63,546 bases of DNA, filler included, from Octopus bimaculoides (GCF_001194135.2; 6 parts of 5 records of this genome joined end to end with filler, not necessarily neighbours in it); one strand, 5' to 3'; numbered from the whole stretch's first letter, positions 51,249 through 63,546 are shown. Translations and numbers: made by a program. Notes: generated by a model from the letters alone, not told the origin.

Positions 51249-51834
51249 GTATGATTTTCTTTTTCTTTTGTTCTTTTATTTTATTTTTTAATTCTTTCCT
51301 TTCATTTCCCAACATCCTCCATTTTATTTATTTCGTGCATGTGTGTGTCTCTATGTGTGTGTGTTTCATATTCGACTGCCTTCCGTATCTTGTTGTACAT
51401 GTAGCCCCATTTATCACTGATTCGTCCACCACTGATCTAGAATAACACTGTTCACTCAATTGCAAACCATGTTAGCCTTATCACAGATTGGTCAGTTATA
51501 ACACGGGTCGGCAGTCAGACGGAGATTCTGCTTGCACCGCAAAAATTCTTTCCAGCAACTTCCTACAGTACTCAGCTACCCAGAATGCACAAACTGTTGC
51601 GCTGCGAGGCTGTGTAAATTCTTACACAAATTTACATAATTATACACATCAGTATATGGGATCAGTGAACAGAAAACAATGGCCCTTCCTGTATTCCCAA
51701 CTGCAGCAGCTCCCAACTTCTGTTGCACTACAGAATGGTTTTATGCCAGACATTTTCGCCACAGACCAGAGCATCATGCACATAACAAAACACAAAGAGC
51801 ATAATAGAGAATTTGATTATTACATATACCTCTC

Positions 51835-52262
51835 TTAGCTTTTAGATCCTCCAGTACTGTCCATACAACTGGCAAAAAACTTTCTCTACACATCCCAGTT
51901 GCTTACCTTCCTCCTGGCTTCACTGAGACCAATTTCCAGTGCTGTTGTATCATCCTGGAACATACTGCACCCCATCTTCCTTGGTCTTCCTCTTGGTCTT
52001 TTGCCTCCTTCCAGTGTCCACTCCATCATGATGTTAGCATGTCTCTCCTGCAATAATCAAAGCACATGGCCAGTAAACCGTATCTGCCTTGGTCACTATG
52101 TCCTGCAAACTTCCCAATGCCTGCTATTTTTGTCACCTCTTCGTTTCTCATTCCGTCCTGGTAAAACATGTCCAAGATTGAACTTGCAAAACTGCTCCAC
52201 AGGCTGCGATAATCAATAGAATAGGAATGAAATTTAAAGATATATGCTTTCTGTGCAGCCTT
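51835..52262 (-). mobile_element. RTE-like LINE 3' fragment
   Basis: Minus strand RNEEVTKIAGI...RFTGHVL...EWTLEGGKRPRGRPRK. Confidence 0.75.
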
Positions 52263-52824
52263 GTACCAAATCATTCATGGCCTAGCGGTCAGAGACCCCT
52301 ATTCTGCAGGATCATCTTTATCATGATGACAATCATCATCATCACCTCTTAACGTCCCCTCTTTCATGCTAGTTTGGGTTGAACGATTCAGCAAGGACAG
52401 ACAAGCCTGAGGGCTGCCCCCAGATTGTATGTCTGCTTTAGTGTGGAGTCTACAGCTGGAAGACTACAATGATTAATAGGAGACTGATAACTGAGTCCTC
52501 TGTAAGTTAGGTGACAATCATTTCGCTTACTAAGTGCATGGAGACAATTCATTTATCAATGTGTCTCTTTTGGAACCATACCCCTGTGATAAACGAGGAT
52601 ACTTGTATAATTTTAAAAAATAAATAAATTGATTTTTCCCTTTCCTATTTTTGTTATGTTTTTGGACATTTTAACTTCTACCTCCATCTTTTTTTTTTTT
52701 TGCTTGTTTATATATATATTTTTTTTAATCTTTTACTTATTTGTTCAATGAAACCCTTTCAAGGTGGGGCCTCAGCATGGCTGCAGACCAATGACTGAAA
52801 CAATTAAAAGATAAACCTATATAT

Positions 52825-53245
52825 ATAGATGCAGGCATGGCTGTGTGGTAAGAAGCTTGCTTCCCAACCACATGGTTCAGAGTTCAGTCCCATTGTGTGA
52901 CACCTCAGGTTGACCAAAGCTTTGTGAGTGAACAGAAACTGACCGAAGCCTTGTGCTAGACAGAAACTGAAAGGAGCTGCTTGTACATACATGTATGTAT
53001 GTTTGCATGTGTGTGTGGCTTTGTGTTTTGCATTTATCCCAGATCACCACTTGACAACCAGTGCTGGTGTGTTTATGTCCCTGTAATTCAACAATTTGAC
53101 AGAAGAGACCATTAGAGCAAGTACCAGGCTTTATTTAAAAAAAAAAAGCAAACTTCTGGGGTCCATCCATTCAACTAAAAATTCTTTAAGGCAGTAACCC
53201 CAGCATGGCCGCTGTCTAATAACTGGAACAAATAAAAAGTAAAAT
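52825..53245 (+). mobile_element. Family B tRNA-SINE
   Basis: gcaggcatggctgtgtggtaagaagcttgcttcccaaccacatggttc...cagcatggccgc. Confidence 0.8.
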
Positions 53246-54228
53246 GATAGATGATGTGTGTGTGTGTGTGTGTGATTGTATTTGGTAGGTTAAAATGTAA
53301 ACAAAAGTAATTTATATTAATATGTATAATTATTATTTGTTTGCTTTTTTTCTTTTNNNNNNNNNNNNNNNNNNNNNNNNNNNNNNNNNNNNNNNNNNNN
53401 TTAATTAATTAANNNNNNNNNNNNNNNNNNNNNNNNNNNNNNNNNNNNNNNNNNNNTATATATGTATGTGTGTTTGTGTGTGTATATATATTTGTGTGTG
53501 TGTGTGTGTGTGGGTGTGTGTGTGTATGTACATATATTTATTATATTTATAAGTACGTATATACACATATACATACACGCATATATACATACATATACGT
53601 ATCAATATATACATATATACATATGCATACATATCTGTACATACATAAAAGTATACACATAAATATAAACACAAACATACTGGCACGCACTCACACACAA
53701 ACACACATACGCACACGCATGCACTCGCACACGCGCGCGCACCCGCATACAAGAATGTCGGATTCCAGAATGCAATTGGCCAGTTATTCTTCGCTATCTT
53801 CTCTATGCGTGTGACTTCACTTTCGTTGTCTGTATCAGAATCATTTTTGCTTATACCACCCAATTTTTTATATTTATATGATCAGTAAATGTTGCTCGGC
53901 GAGGTTAGTTAATAAGCCAACACTGAAAGGCATGAGGCTTTGGATACCACCAGCCGACAATCAAATATCTTTCTGGAACTTTCTCATTCTCACACATTGT
54001 AATTTTATTATCATATTGTATGCTTTTGTGTGATGCAATGTCAATAGTATTTTTTTTTCAGCCACAATGCATCCTGATTAAATCCCTTTATCTAACTCGA
54101 TATTCTTTTCAAGATTGACACCATATCCTCTTGAGAGAAAGCTTTTGCGATTGTTATTGACCGTACCATACGTAGAGTATACACGTAAAGGTGTTCACTT
54201 CTAGTCGTATACGTGTATGTATATATAT

Positions 54229-54261
<33 letters not shown>

Positions 54262-55099
54262 CATATACATATATATATATATATGTGTGTGTGTATGTGT
54301 GTGTATGTATTTGTGTTGTGTATGTGCTATACTTACTTAGTGATGAACAGATAGAGCATGATTACTTTTATGTTTCTCTATACGTTTATTGAATATAACT
54401 GCATCTGACAGACTTGAGAGATATATGACCTATATATTGATGGCTTTTATCATGCTACTGGTAAGACATGATATTCAAAAATTAGCAAAGAACCAGTCCG
54501 CTTGCTGGGAGCATCTTTCAATGTTTAGATATACTTTACTGATGAAACTTCACAAAGCATTGTTATAACAGAGTTACAGTAAAATTAATGAATGTTTCTG
54601 TTGCTTGCAAGTCTGGGCGCTTATCAACCCCTGGGAAGTTGTTGTAAATAAGTTATCCTGTTAAAACTTTATCATATCAAACAAAATCGCATAATAGCTG
54701 AATCACAAAAAGTTCAGTCTTCGACACAGTTAAGGAAAGAAGCAGTAGTTTTTTTTCTGTATGTAGTATAAGCAGCACAGTCATGCAAGTTGGAGGTAAA
54801 GAACTTCCCTCTAAAAGAAGATCGGCAGTTGTTCAGGTAAGAACTATCTTTTAACTTTAAAGGTGCAGTTTTTATTCTATTATGAACATACTGTTGGCAT
54901 GTCGGATTATTATTGGTTCTGAGATTTATCAATAGTTGCATTTTCGAGGGATTTTATCGCACATCGTCAAATAGAAGAGAAAATGGATCAGCATAATGCC
55001 TCCTAAACATGTACCATGATTGAAAATTTGAGCACTTGAACGAGATAAGTTGAAGAATACTTTGTTTGTGGAAATAATGTAGGTTCGATATCAATTAAG

Positions 55100-55335
55100 G
55101 TCAGGAGCGGGGACATTCGCCGTTGCAGCGCGTCGCTGCATACGCTAGTTTTCGGTATTTGCTCGCGTCGTCCCGGGCAACCCTCCGGTCAGTATCCCAG
55201 TTAATTCCCCTCTCCGAGAAATATTTCTTGATCCGCTGTGATCATGAAGCATGTGGCCGATCAACACGAGCTGTCATTTCATCCGGGTCCTCAGAGAACA
55301 GTACACGTACTCAAGTTTCAACTCGGAAAATCGAG
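55100..55335 (-). mobile_element. Possible degraded DDE integrase (rve-like) remnant
   Basis: CpG-rich island; VLFSEDPDEMTARVDRPHAS*SQRIKKYFSERGINW loosely resembles F..PxEIxSDNGPxFxSxxFKxFxxxxGIxW. Confidence 0.3.
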
Positions 55336-55763
55336 TAGCATGACCAAACAGTTGACGCTCCCGATTTATACTTGTTACTTAACAAATAATGCAAGATATA
55401 ATTTAAGACAGGAAGACGGTTGTGATAGATTTCCTAATTTTTGATACGTAAAAATAATGAGAGATTAAATATAGAATTAGATTAAAAGAAAAAACAGATT
55501 GAGTGGGAAAAGTAGATTTCTCTGAATAATAATTGTTTCAGATTTAGGCAGCAAAGTAAGAATTTTGATTAGAGGAGTGGGGTCACTCGGTTACAATTCC
55601 CCCTGTACTTCACTGACATTTTCTTTTCTTTTATTGACTCTGAAAGGTTGAAAGAATAAAGTGATCTCAACGGACCTGAACTCAGAACGAACCGAGTACT
55701 AGAAATGTTACAAAATTTATTCCCACACTCAAACGTTTCTCATACTTCACCATTCAATTGATG

Positions 55764-55806
<43 letters not shown>

Positions 55807-55809
55807 GTA

Positions 55810-57200
55810 ATCCATCAATGAGATTAGAAAACAAATGAAATTCGGAAGGAATAGAAGTGTGTTTACTTGGAGAGGAAGTGTAGGGTGCAGAGAAAAGGAA
55901 TTAGAATTATGTTGTGATTGAGGAATTAAAACAGAGGTTGAGATCTAAATTTCATAAACTGAAGTGAAACGAACAGAGAATTGAATAGTATTGGTTAAAT
56001 AGACATTTTTATCAAGACCAGAAACGAGTTTATCAGAAATTGAATGGAAAATGAAAAACTGGAAATGCTGTCGAACATATAATCCCAAGAGAAACAGCAC
56101 GAAACTAAAGCGGAATGGTTACGGTCAGTCAAAAGGGAAAGAGGAGAGTATCAGCAGAATTTGAATATCAGTGAGAAAATGGAGATCAGTGCAAGAAACT
56201 ACCTAGCTAAAAACACCTGTTCCAGATGGCCTCCAATGTTTAAGAACCTAAAAGTAATGCACAAAAGAATTGCGAGCCAGATGGAGCAAAATTTTGAGAT
56301 CCAGGCACTGGCTTGGCTGACGAAATGTAGAACGTTATTATGACAGCAGGACCCCAATAAATGAAATGCGGTAGGAAATATTCGACTAATATCATTTTTG
56401 CCACTTATGTATAAATTGAAGACAAGCATTATTGCAGACATTTACAACTGTCTAGACTATTACGAGCTACTCCCAGATGAACGAAAATTGTGTAAATACA
56501 AGAACATCAGGTGATAATACATAATTCTGTCTTGGCTAACAGCAAGAAAAAACAAAACAAAAATTGGCTATGTCATGGCTGGAATTCAAAATCGCCTATT
56601 GAGTGTTTTAGTCTGATTGCAGTCTTTAGTAATATTATGACGTTCATACACGACTCACTGACAACCTGGAGGACTGAACTCACTGCGTGTGGTGAGACAC
56701 TAGGAGAGGTAAATATTAAAGGAGGAATTTACGAAGGGGCATCTTCTCTCTCCTCTTATTTCTCATGTAGATGTGTGTAGGGTACACTCTAGGCAATGTG
56801 GAAATTAATAATTTGCCATAAAGCTTTTCGTCTTTCTCAAAAAATGTGAGAAGTTGATAGTGTGGTATCAACAATTCTGGTGATTAGCAAGCATGTTTGG
56901 ACGGAATTCGGGATCGAAAAGTTCGGTGTGATGGCAATAAAAAGGAGAAAAGTTAGTAAAAGCCATGGGATCAAGCAGAAAGAGGGTGAAACCATCAAGG
57001 AAGTTTAGGTACTACTGAAAATGGTAAGATAAATGAGGTCAAGATGAAAGAGATCTTCAGAAAAGAGTACACGAGGATGACCCGACTTATGTTACAGTTT
57101 ACGTTAAATGCACGCAATAAAATCAAAGTGATTAACATTTGAGTTGTCCTTTATGAAGTATAGAGCAGGTGTAATATTTCAAGAGAAGGAGAAATTGATC
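55810..57200 (+). mobile_element. Decayed R4/Dong-like (RLE-class) non-LTR retrotransposon RT fragment
   Basis: QDQKRVYQKLNG, PDG..F.KNL..MHKRIASQM, WLTKCRTLL, GETLGEVNIK.GIY.G.SLS, EFGIEK and NKIKVINI*VV segments; heavily frameshifted. Confidence 0.7.
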
Positions 57201-57214
57201 AATGAAACAATTAT

Positions 57215-57957
57215 TATTTTATCGGAAATTTTCAATGAAAGAAGTTTCCTGTTCAATACTCGCTGGAAATGTTTCAATTTGGTAAAAAAAAGATTATGAA
57301 GATTTCGTCACCTATTTCGTAGTTGTTAATAGAGAGTGGGAAAAATTCAAATTAAATGAACTAATCCCGGACATGGTCAAATGCCTAATTTTTGTTCAAG
57401 GGCTAACTGCAAGCAAAGATGCAGATATACGTTCCCGGATATTAACAAAATTAGAACAGGACAAAAAATTACCTCCACAGGCAATAGCAGCAGAATGCCA
57501 GAGGATTATATATCTAAGACATATTAACCAAATTTAAAAAAAAAAAGAGATTTACGGAAACGCAATCACGAAGAATGAAATCTCCCTGGACGTATTGCAC
57601 ATGTTTGAGGTACCAGCACCCAAAGAATCTGAAACAGATTCAAGTACCAGAAAACGGAAAATAACAGAAATATTGGAATTGAACCCTAAGTGAACGGAGT
57701 TTAATTCTCAAAAGGGTAGAAGTTAGAAGAGACTAATTCTAAAAAGAGGAGATGTTTCGGAAGGATCCCACTCCCAAGTGACTAAAAGTAGATTGACTCA
57801 TTGTTATAAAATAAAGAACTGTGAACAATTGAGAGGAGTAAGCAGTTTACTGTGAGCCATTAGCAGAGCTCGTTGAGTCTCGTGTAATAGAAATAGTGGT
57901 GCGTCGTGTAAATTCTTTCTTTCCTCCTGCTTCGTTTAAATCATATATCCAATACCA
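57215..57957 (+). mobile_element. Internally deleted Ty3/Gypsy LTR retrotransposon (gag piece, pol C-terminus, PPT, 3' LTR)
   Basis: LFNTRWKCFNL, PDMVKCLIFVQGLTASKDADIRSRILTKLEQ..AAECQR (K02A2.6-type gag) and STRKRKITEILELNPK; PPT aaaaagaggaga (57741-57752) then TG at 57753 and an internal AATAAA. The LTR end is approximate. Confidence 0.75.
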
Positions 57958-58735
57958 GGTTATGATAAAATTCAGAACACAAAGAGCAGATATGTCACAG
58001 AAAAAGTATTTTGTGCCGTAATAATAATTATTTCTAATAATGGCACAAGGGCATTAATATTAGAGGAATCAATAATTCAACAGCAATCCTAGTGCTCAAT
58101 AAGCACTTACTTTATCAACCCTGAAATGATGTTAGAAAAGTTGGTCTCGGTGGCATTCGAACTCAGAACGTAAAGACAGACGAAATACCGCTAAGAATTT
58201 TGTTCCAGCGTGCTAAAGATACTGCTTTCTCACTACCTTCGCAGGAGAAAAAATAATAAATGAATGCTGTTGAGTATGTGGACCAAATGGGACCAAGTAG
58301 ATGAAAAAGGAACGGATTAGAATCCAAAGCACATATAGAGTAATCCATAGAACGAACATGTAGGTGGGATAGCAACATTTCACTTTCTTTTGAGAGGGGT
58401 GTTGGATTACCCACAAAAATATGAAATTGATATAATTTACAGACAAACGAATGACATCATCATTCTAACCGAGAACCGTCTTAAAGAGATAATTAATTGG
58501 CTTGCAGTGGGAAGTGAGATACTGCATATCATGTCTTTAGTTGTTTCCGAAGTTCAAAGTAACATATAAGGAAATTTGAAATTTTAATGTTAGAGATGTT
58601 AAGCAAAAAGAAATCGGAAAGAAGTACAAAGTTATTTTATGACTGTGTCACGTAAGTAGACTTATAGGATATTTATTGTCTTTTTGTCCTTGTCAAACAC
58701 CCACCAATACATGGTTTACGCATACAATACGTACA

Positions 58736-58787
<52 letters not shown>

Positions 58788-59318
58788 NNNNNNNNNNNNN
58801 NNNNNNNNNNNNNNNNNNNNNNNNNNNNNNNNNNNNNNNNNNNNNNNNNNNNNNNNNNNNNNNNNNNNNNNNNNNNNNNNNNNNNNNNNNNNNNNNNNNN
58901 NNNNNNNNNNNNNNNNNNNNNNNNNNNNNNNNNNNNNNNNNNNNNNNNNNNNNNNNNNNNNNNNNNNNNNNNNNNNNNNNNNNNNNNNNNNNNNNNNNNN
59001 NNNNNNNNNNNNNNNNNNNNNNNNNNNNNNNNNNNNNNNNNNNNNNNNNNNNNNNNNNNNNNNNNNNNNNNNNNNNNNNNNNNNNNNNNNNNNNNNNNNN
59101 NNNNNNNNNNNNNNNNNNNNNNNNNNNNNNNNNNNNNNNNNNNNNNNNNNNNNNNNNNNNNNNNNNNNNNNNNNNNNNNNNNNNNNNNNNNNNNNNNNNN
59201 NNNNNNNNNNNNNNNNNNNNNNNNNNNNNNNNNNNNNNNNNNNNNNNNNNNNNNNNNNNNNNNNNNNNNNNNNNNNNNNNNNNNNNNNNNNNNNNNNNGG
59301 TGTTGTGTACAGAAACTG

Positions 59319-59990
59319 AATATTAAGAAAAAAGTCATCAGAATTTTGGAAAAAGTCTTTTTATGTCTTTATTATTATTAACGCTTTCGTTCGTTTCTCG
59401 AAATTGTCAAATAGAATTTTGTGTATGTACAAGCAGCTTGTTCATTTCTATAAAACAGGTGTTTGGTGCGGGTTTAGAAGAGAAGAACATTGTTTCTGTT
59501 TCTTTATAGTGAGGTTCCATGACAATGGAGTTAGATAAAAATATAGGTAGGTAGATAGGTTGATAGATAGATAAACAGATAGATAGATAGTCAGACAGAT
59601 AGATAGATACGTAGAGAGAGGGGGAGAGAAAGAGAAAGGGCATCCCCTTTCTTATTCACCATTCATTTATTTAGTTAGTCATTGTATTGAAATGAGTTTA
59701 AGGATGGTGACCTCTTCAAAAAAAAANNNNNNNNNNNNNNNNNNNNNNNNNNNNNNNNNNNNNNNNNNNNNNNNNNNNNNNNNNNNNNNNNNNNNNNNNN
59801 NNNNNNNNNNNNNNNNNNNNNNNNNNNNNNNNNNNNNNNNNNNNNNNNNNNNNNNNNNNNNNNNNNNNNNNNNNNNNNNNNNNNNNNNNNNNNNNNNNNN
59901 NNNNNAAAAAAAAAAAAAAAGAGTGTGGTGAGGGTCATCACTGAAAGTCGTTTTGCTTTTTTTCTCTCTTCTCCCGTCTTATCTTCCTTC
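59319..59990. repeat. Left arm of a long inverted repeat (contains a 180-N gap)
   Basis: Reverse-complement similarity to 61003-61509 across unique and microsatellite sequence. Confidence 0.8.
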
Positions 59991-61002
59991 TTTTTTCCTT
60001 TTCTTCCTTTTCTCCTCTTTCTTTCTTTTTTCCTCTTTCTTTTTTCCTCTTTCTTTTTCTCCCCATTGAGTTATATTTAGAATACAAAATGTATGTCTCC
60101 GCTTTTCTTTACTTAGAAATAATCAATTCTGGAGAGAATCCTTTGAAGTGCGTGTTTGTGTGTGTGTGTTTGGGAACATGTCCATGTTTATACTGTGTAA
60201 CTTCGATGTTTTGCATTGAAAAACAAAATCACGCTTCTTTCAATTTCATGTTTTTTGCATTAGAAACCTTAGTATAACATTTACAAACTAGAGAAACCCA
60301 CAATGCTCAGAACATCTCCATGCCACACATATACACCTGAATATTCACAGAGATGAGCATTATCTTTCCGATATTTGAGTTATAATTTGAATACAAAATG
60401 TGCTGTCTCCGCTTTTCCTTCAAATATTCAATTTTGGAGAGAACTTTTTGATGAAATGTAGTTCCATTGTTTTTCAGTATTGCAGATTGTCCTGTGCAAT
60501 TTTGTAAAAGGGAATTTTTTTTAATTCTCCGTCGTTGCACATTTCCAGATGCTTACTTAATAGAATCTTGGTTAATTCCTCTTTTCGGATATGTTACCTG
60601 TGGATACATACACGTTGGCAGAGGGAATTATTTGTTTCGCCAATGTAATTTTATTTGCAGTTTGGGTAGGTAATTCAGTATATGAGGTTTTGCATTTTTC
60701 AGTTCATATCTACATTTATTTTGAAAAGGGATCCGCTCTTGAATTTTATGTAGGAACCACTTCCTAAGTGTCTAAATTTTTTGTTGATGCATGTTCCACA
60801 TCTCCTATTTCTACATTCTTTTACTCAGAATTCTGATTCATTCTCTTATTTGAATTTTGCCCTTGGGAGGTGTTTTTTAAGGCTTTTTGGTTGGCGTCTG
60901 CTATTCTGTAAGGTGTTTCCTTTCAATCAGCTTTTTCATTCTGGAGCTTTGTAGGAGTATAGGCAAGTTCGATTTTATGGCGGGAAAGATGTTGACTATT
61001 CC

Positions 61003-61509
61003 AGAAAGAAGGGAAGAAAGGGGGAAGAGAGAAAGAAAGCAAAAAGATTTCCAGTGATGACCACACCTTTTTTTGTAGAAGTCACCATCCTTAAATCCAT
61101 TCCAATTTTGTGAATGTACAAGCAGCTTGTTCATTTCCATAAAACATTTCTATAAAACGATGGTAAAAGACTAAGTAAATAAATGAATGGTGAATAGGAA
61201 GGGGGATCCTCCTTCTCTCTCCTTCTCTCTACTTACCTATCTATCTGTCTATCTATCTATTTACCTGTCTACCTACCTATATTTTTATCTATCTCCATTG
61301 TCATGGAGCCTCACACAAAACCCCCAAAACACTGTTCTTCTCTTCTAAACAACCCCAAACCTCCAAAAACCATCTGTTTTATATAAATGAACAAGCTTTT
61401 GTACATTTACAAAATTCTATTTGACAAGTTCGAGAAACGAAAGAAAGCGCTAAGAATAACGAAGAGATAAAAAGATTTCCAAAGTTCTGACGACCTATTC
61501 TGTCAATAT
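61003..61509. repeat. Right arm of the long inverted repeat
   Basis: For example ctccattgtcatggagcctcac (right) versus gtgaggttccatgacaatggag (left), and aaatgaacaagcttttgtacat versus atgtacaagcagcttgttcattt. Confidence 0.8.
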
Positions 61510-61855
61510 ATGCATGTATGTATGTATGTATGTATGTATGTACGTATGTATGTATGTACGTATGTGTATGTATGTATATATATATGTATATNNNNNNNNN
61601 NNNNNNNNNNNNNNNNNNNNNNNNNNNNNNNNNNNTTAATTAATTAANNNNNNNNNNNNNNNNNNNNNNNNNNNNNNNNNNNNNNNNNNNNATCAACAAG
61701 AAAAACGATAAAAATTTATAATTTTATAGCGAAAAATTATATCAAACAAAAATACAAAATGTCTTATATAGATTCTTTTATTTTATTGTGTTTTGTTCCA
61801 GATCAGCTTTGTTGTTTAACCCTAGGTCATCACTCATCTAAGACATTTCCGTCCC

Positions 61856-61896
<41 letters not shown>

Positions 61897-62509
61897 ACAC
61901 ACACACACACACACACACACTTTCTCTCTATTTTAGAGATACCAGAGACTATATTGTCCAAAATATTTTCCACTTTCTTTAAAGACGGCAATATACTATT
62001 CTAGGGAGATGTTGCTATTTCTAGCAGGTCAAACGATCACGTAGCGGCTCTCTCGTAGGTTCGATTTCTTTAAGGTTTTGCGATTCTAAAATATCGATCT
62101 CCAGTCATTATTTTATCGATCTTGAAAAGATGAATGGCGATGCAAGACAAGGAAGGATTTGATCTCCGAACATAAGCAAAAGCAACCGAATTTCAGAAGT
62201 TATTTTTTGAAGGATACAAGCAATTTCGATCGTGTATTCTTACACTGGACATTATTATGTATATTTTAAAACAGAAACAGAATGGTAAGAAACCATTACA
62301 TAAATGTCACACACACACACATACGCACACACACAGCACAACACACACACACATATATGCACACGCACACACACATTATTAAGTTTGAAAACAGAGAGAT
62401 CTAATGGATACAAATTAATTAACATATTCGCCTACAATTGTTTCATTTCACAAACAAAATTTATATTACAGAACATATATAAATCTATAATTATATAATT
62501 ATATATATA

Positions 62510-63461
62510 CAGGCTGCGTAAGGTATTTGAGGACATACATTTTTGGGTCATTGCTGCATTTTTTGCTAATTCTGTTTCGTCTTTGTTTCAGAAAATAATA
62601 GTGGCAGACCCTCAGCTTACTCAAGAAATGAAGAGGTGTGCTGTAATTGTGGTTATAAAAGCGATTTAGAAATATCTCAACTTTTAAAAGTTTCCAGATC
62701 TTTCGTCTACAAAGTTTGTAAGGAGCTAGGAACTGAAGATGGGAACGTATTACCAGTATCAAAGCATAAAAAGGATTCTAAACGCTCTGAAATGATCAGA
62801 GCACTTGAATTTATCCAGCAAGTTCAACAGACCATTGATTACAACCTCAGAAAGTCCATTTCCTGCAACTGTCATGGTTTTAGGAGCTGTCAACAATGAA
62901 GGACATGTGATGCCGCCTTACTTCTTTCCGCAAGGCCTTAGAGTTAACTCTGCCACCTACATTGAGGTCCTGGAAATAATTGTTAAGCCTTGGAGAGACA
63001 GTGTATGCAATGGAAGGCCATATGTCCATTAAGTAAAACTCTGCACTATTACATATGGCTCTAATAACACAGGTATGGATGGCTGAAAATTTTCATGATC
63101 ACATAACCCCTAACATTTGGCCTCCTAATTCCCCAGATCTCAATCCATTGGACTGTTACATGTGGAGCGTTGTTGAGAGAGAGGTCAATAAACACGCCCA
63201 AAACACCAAAGATTCTATGAAAGCTGTCATAGTCAGAGTAATGTGCAAAATGAACTAGGACTACTTGATTCGGGTATATAGATGATTTAGATCTCATATA
63301 GAAGGAGTTGTTGAAACTGAAGGTGGCTTTATTGATTAACATTATAGAAAAAAGGTTTATTTTTATCCTCATATCATTTTTTGATAAATAGAGTTATTAT
63401 CTGTTATTATATGTTTTTTTTTATAAACATAAATCTGTCCTCAAATATCTTACGCACCCTG
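62510..63461 (+). mobile_element. Internally deleted maT (DD37D) Tc1/mariner transposon
   Basis: TA-flanked 26-bp TIRs caggctgcgtaaggtatttgaggaca / tgtcctcaaatatcttacgcaccctg; ATVMVLGAV, NSALLH (D changed to N) and WPPNSPDLNPLD, with 37 residues between the second and third catalytic positions. Confidence 0.9.
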
Positions 63462-63546
63462 TATATATAGAGTTGTAATAATCCTTTCTACTATTGGCAC
63501 ATGGCCTGAATTTGTGGGGAGGAGGACAGTCGATCACAACTCAGCT

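Noticed and set aside
53740-53863. Minus-strand frame GGISKNDSDTDNESEVTRIEKIAKNNWPIAFWNPTFL
   Set aside because: No acceptor site, no recognisable homology, and it runs into microsatellite.
54390-54460. Plus-strand exon candidate (MTYILMAFIMLL|GTAAG) as an IRAK4 continuation
   Set aside because: It has no kinase subdomain residues and lies beyond a scaffold join.
7431-59941. Long ORFs in the supplied track containing runs of X or poly-YI, HT, CV, T or V
   Set aside because: They are produced by N gaps and di- or trinucleotide microsatellites, not by genes.
12608-61647. Regularly recurring TTAATTAATTAA as a CRISPR-like or conserved repeat
   Set aside because: It is always centred in exactly 44+44 Ns, so it is an assembly linker. 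No cas genes or repeat-spacer array are present.

Overview
AT-rich, microsatellite-dense metazoan genomic DNA with many N gaps. The repeat landscape looks cephalopod (Octopus-like); that is inference, not a database result. There is no prokaryotic operon structure, CRISPR array or rRNA. Two host genes are recognisable only as spliced fragments. One is a single minus-strand internal exon of a KIF6-like kinesin (129-287). The other is three plus-strand, phase-compatible exons of an IRAK4/Pelle-like kinase (45229-45531, 49621-49752, 51152-51248); its death-domain exons and remaining kinase exons were not found. Five 100-bp scaffold joins (N44-TTAATTAATTAA-N44) cut the window into segments whose order is not guaranteed. 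Most remaining sequence is decayed mobile DNA: several tRNA-derived and RTE-tailed SINE families; RTE, Tx1, Penelope, R4/Dong-like and CR1/Jockey-group LINE fragments; a deleted Gypsy element; mariner, maT (DD37D) and SPIN-like hAT transposons; Helitron pieces; and MITEs. I found no convincing new biological system. The observations most worth checking are a tandem array apparently derived from a SINE interior (14.6-14.9 kb), a ~140-bp hairpin (22.0 kb), a 91-bp minimal Helitron (26.0 kb), inverted SINE pairs tightly flanking the IRAK4 exons, and a ~2.2-kb inverted-repeat structure (59.3-61.5 kb).
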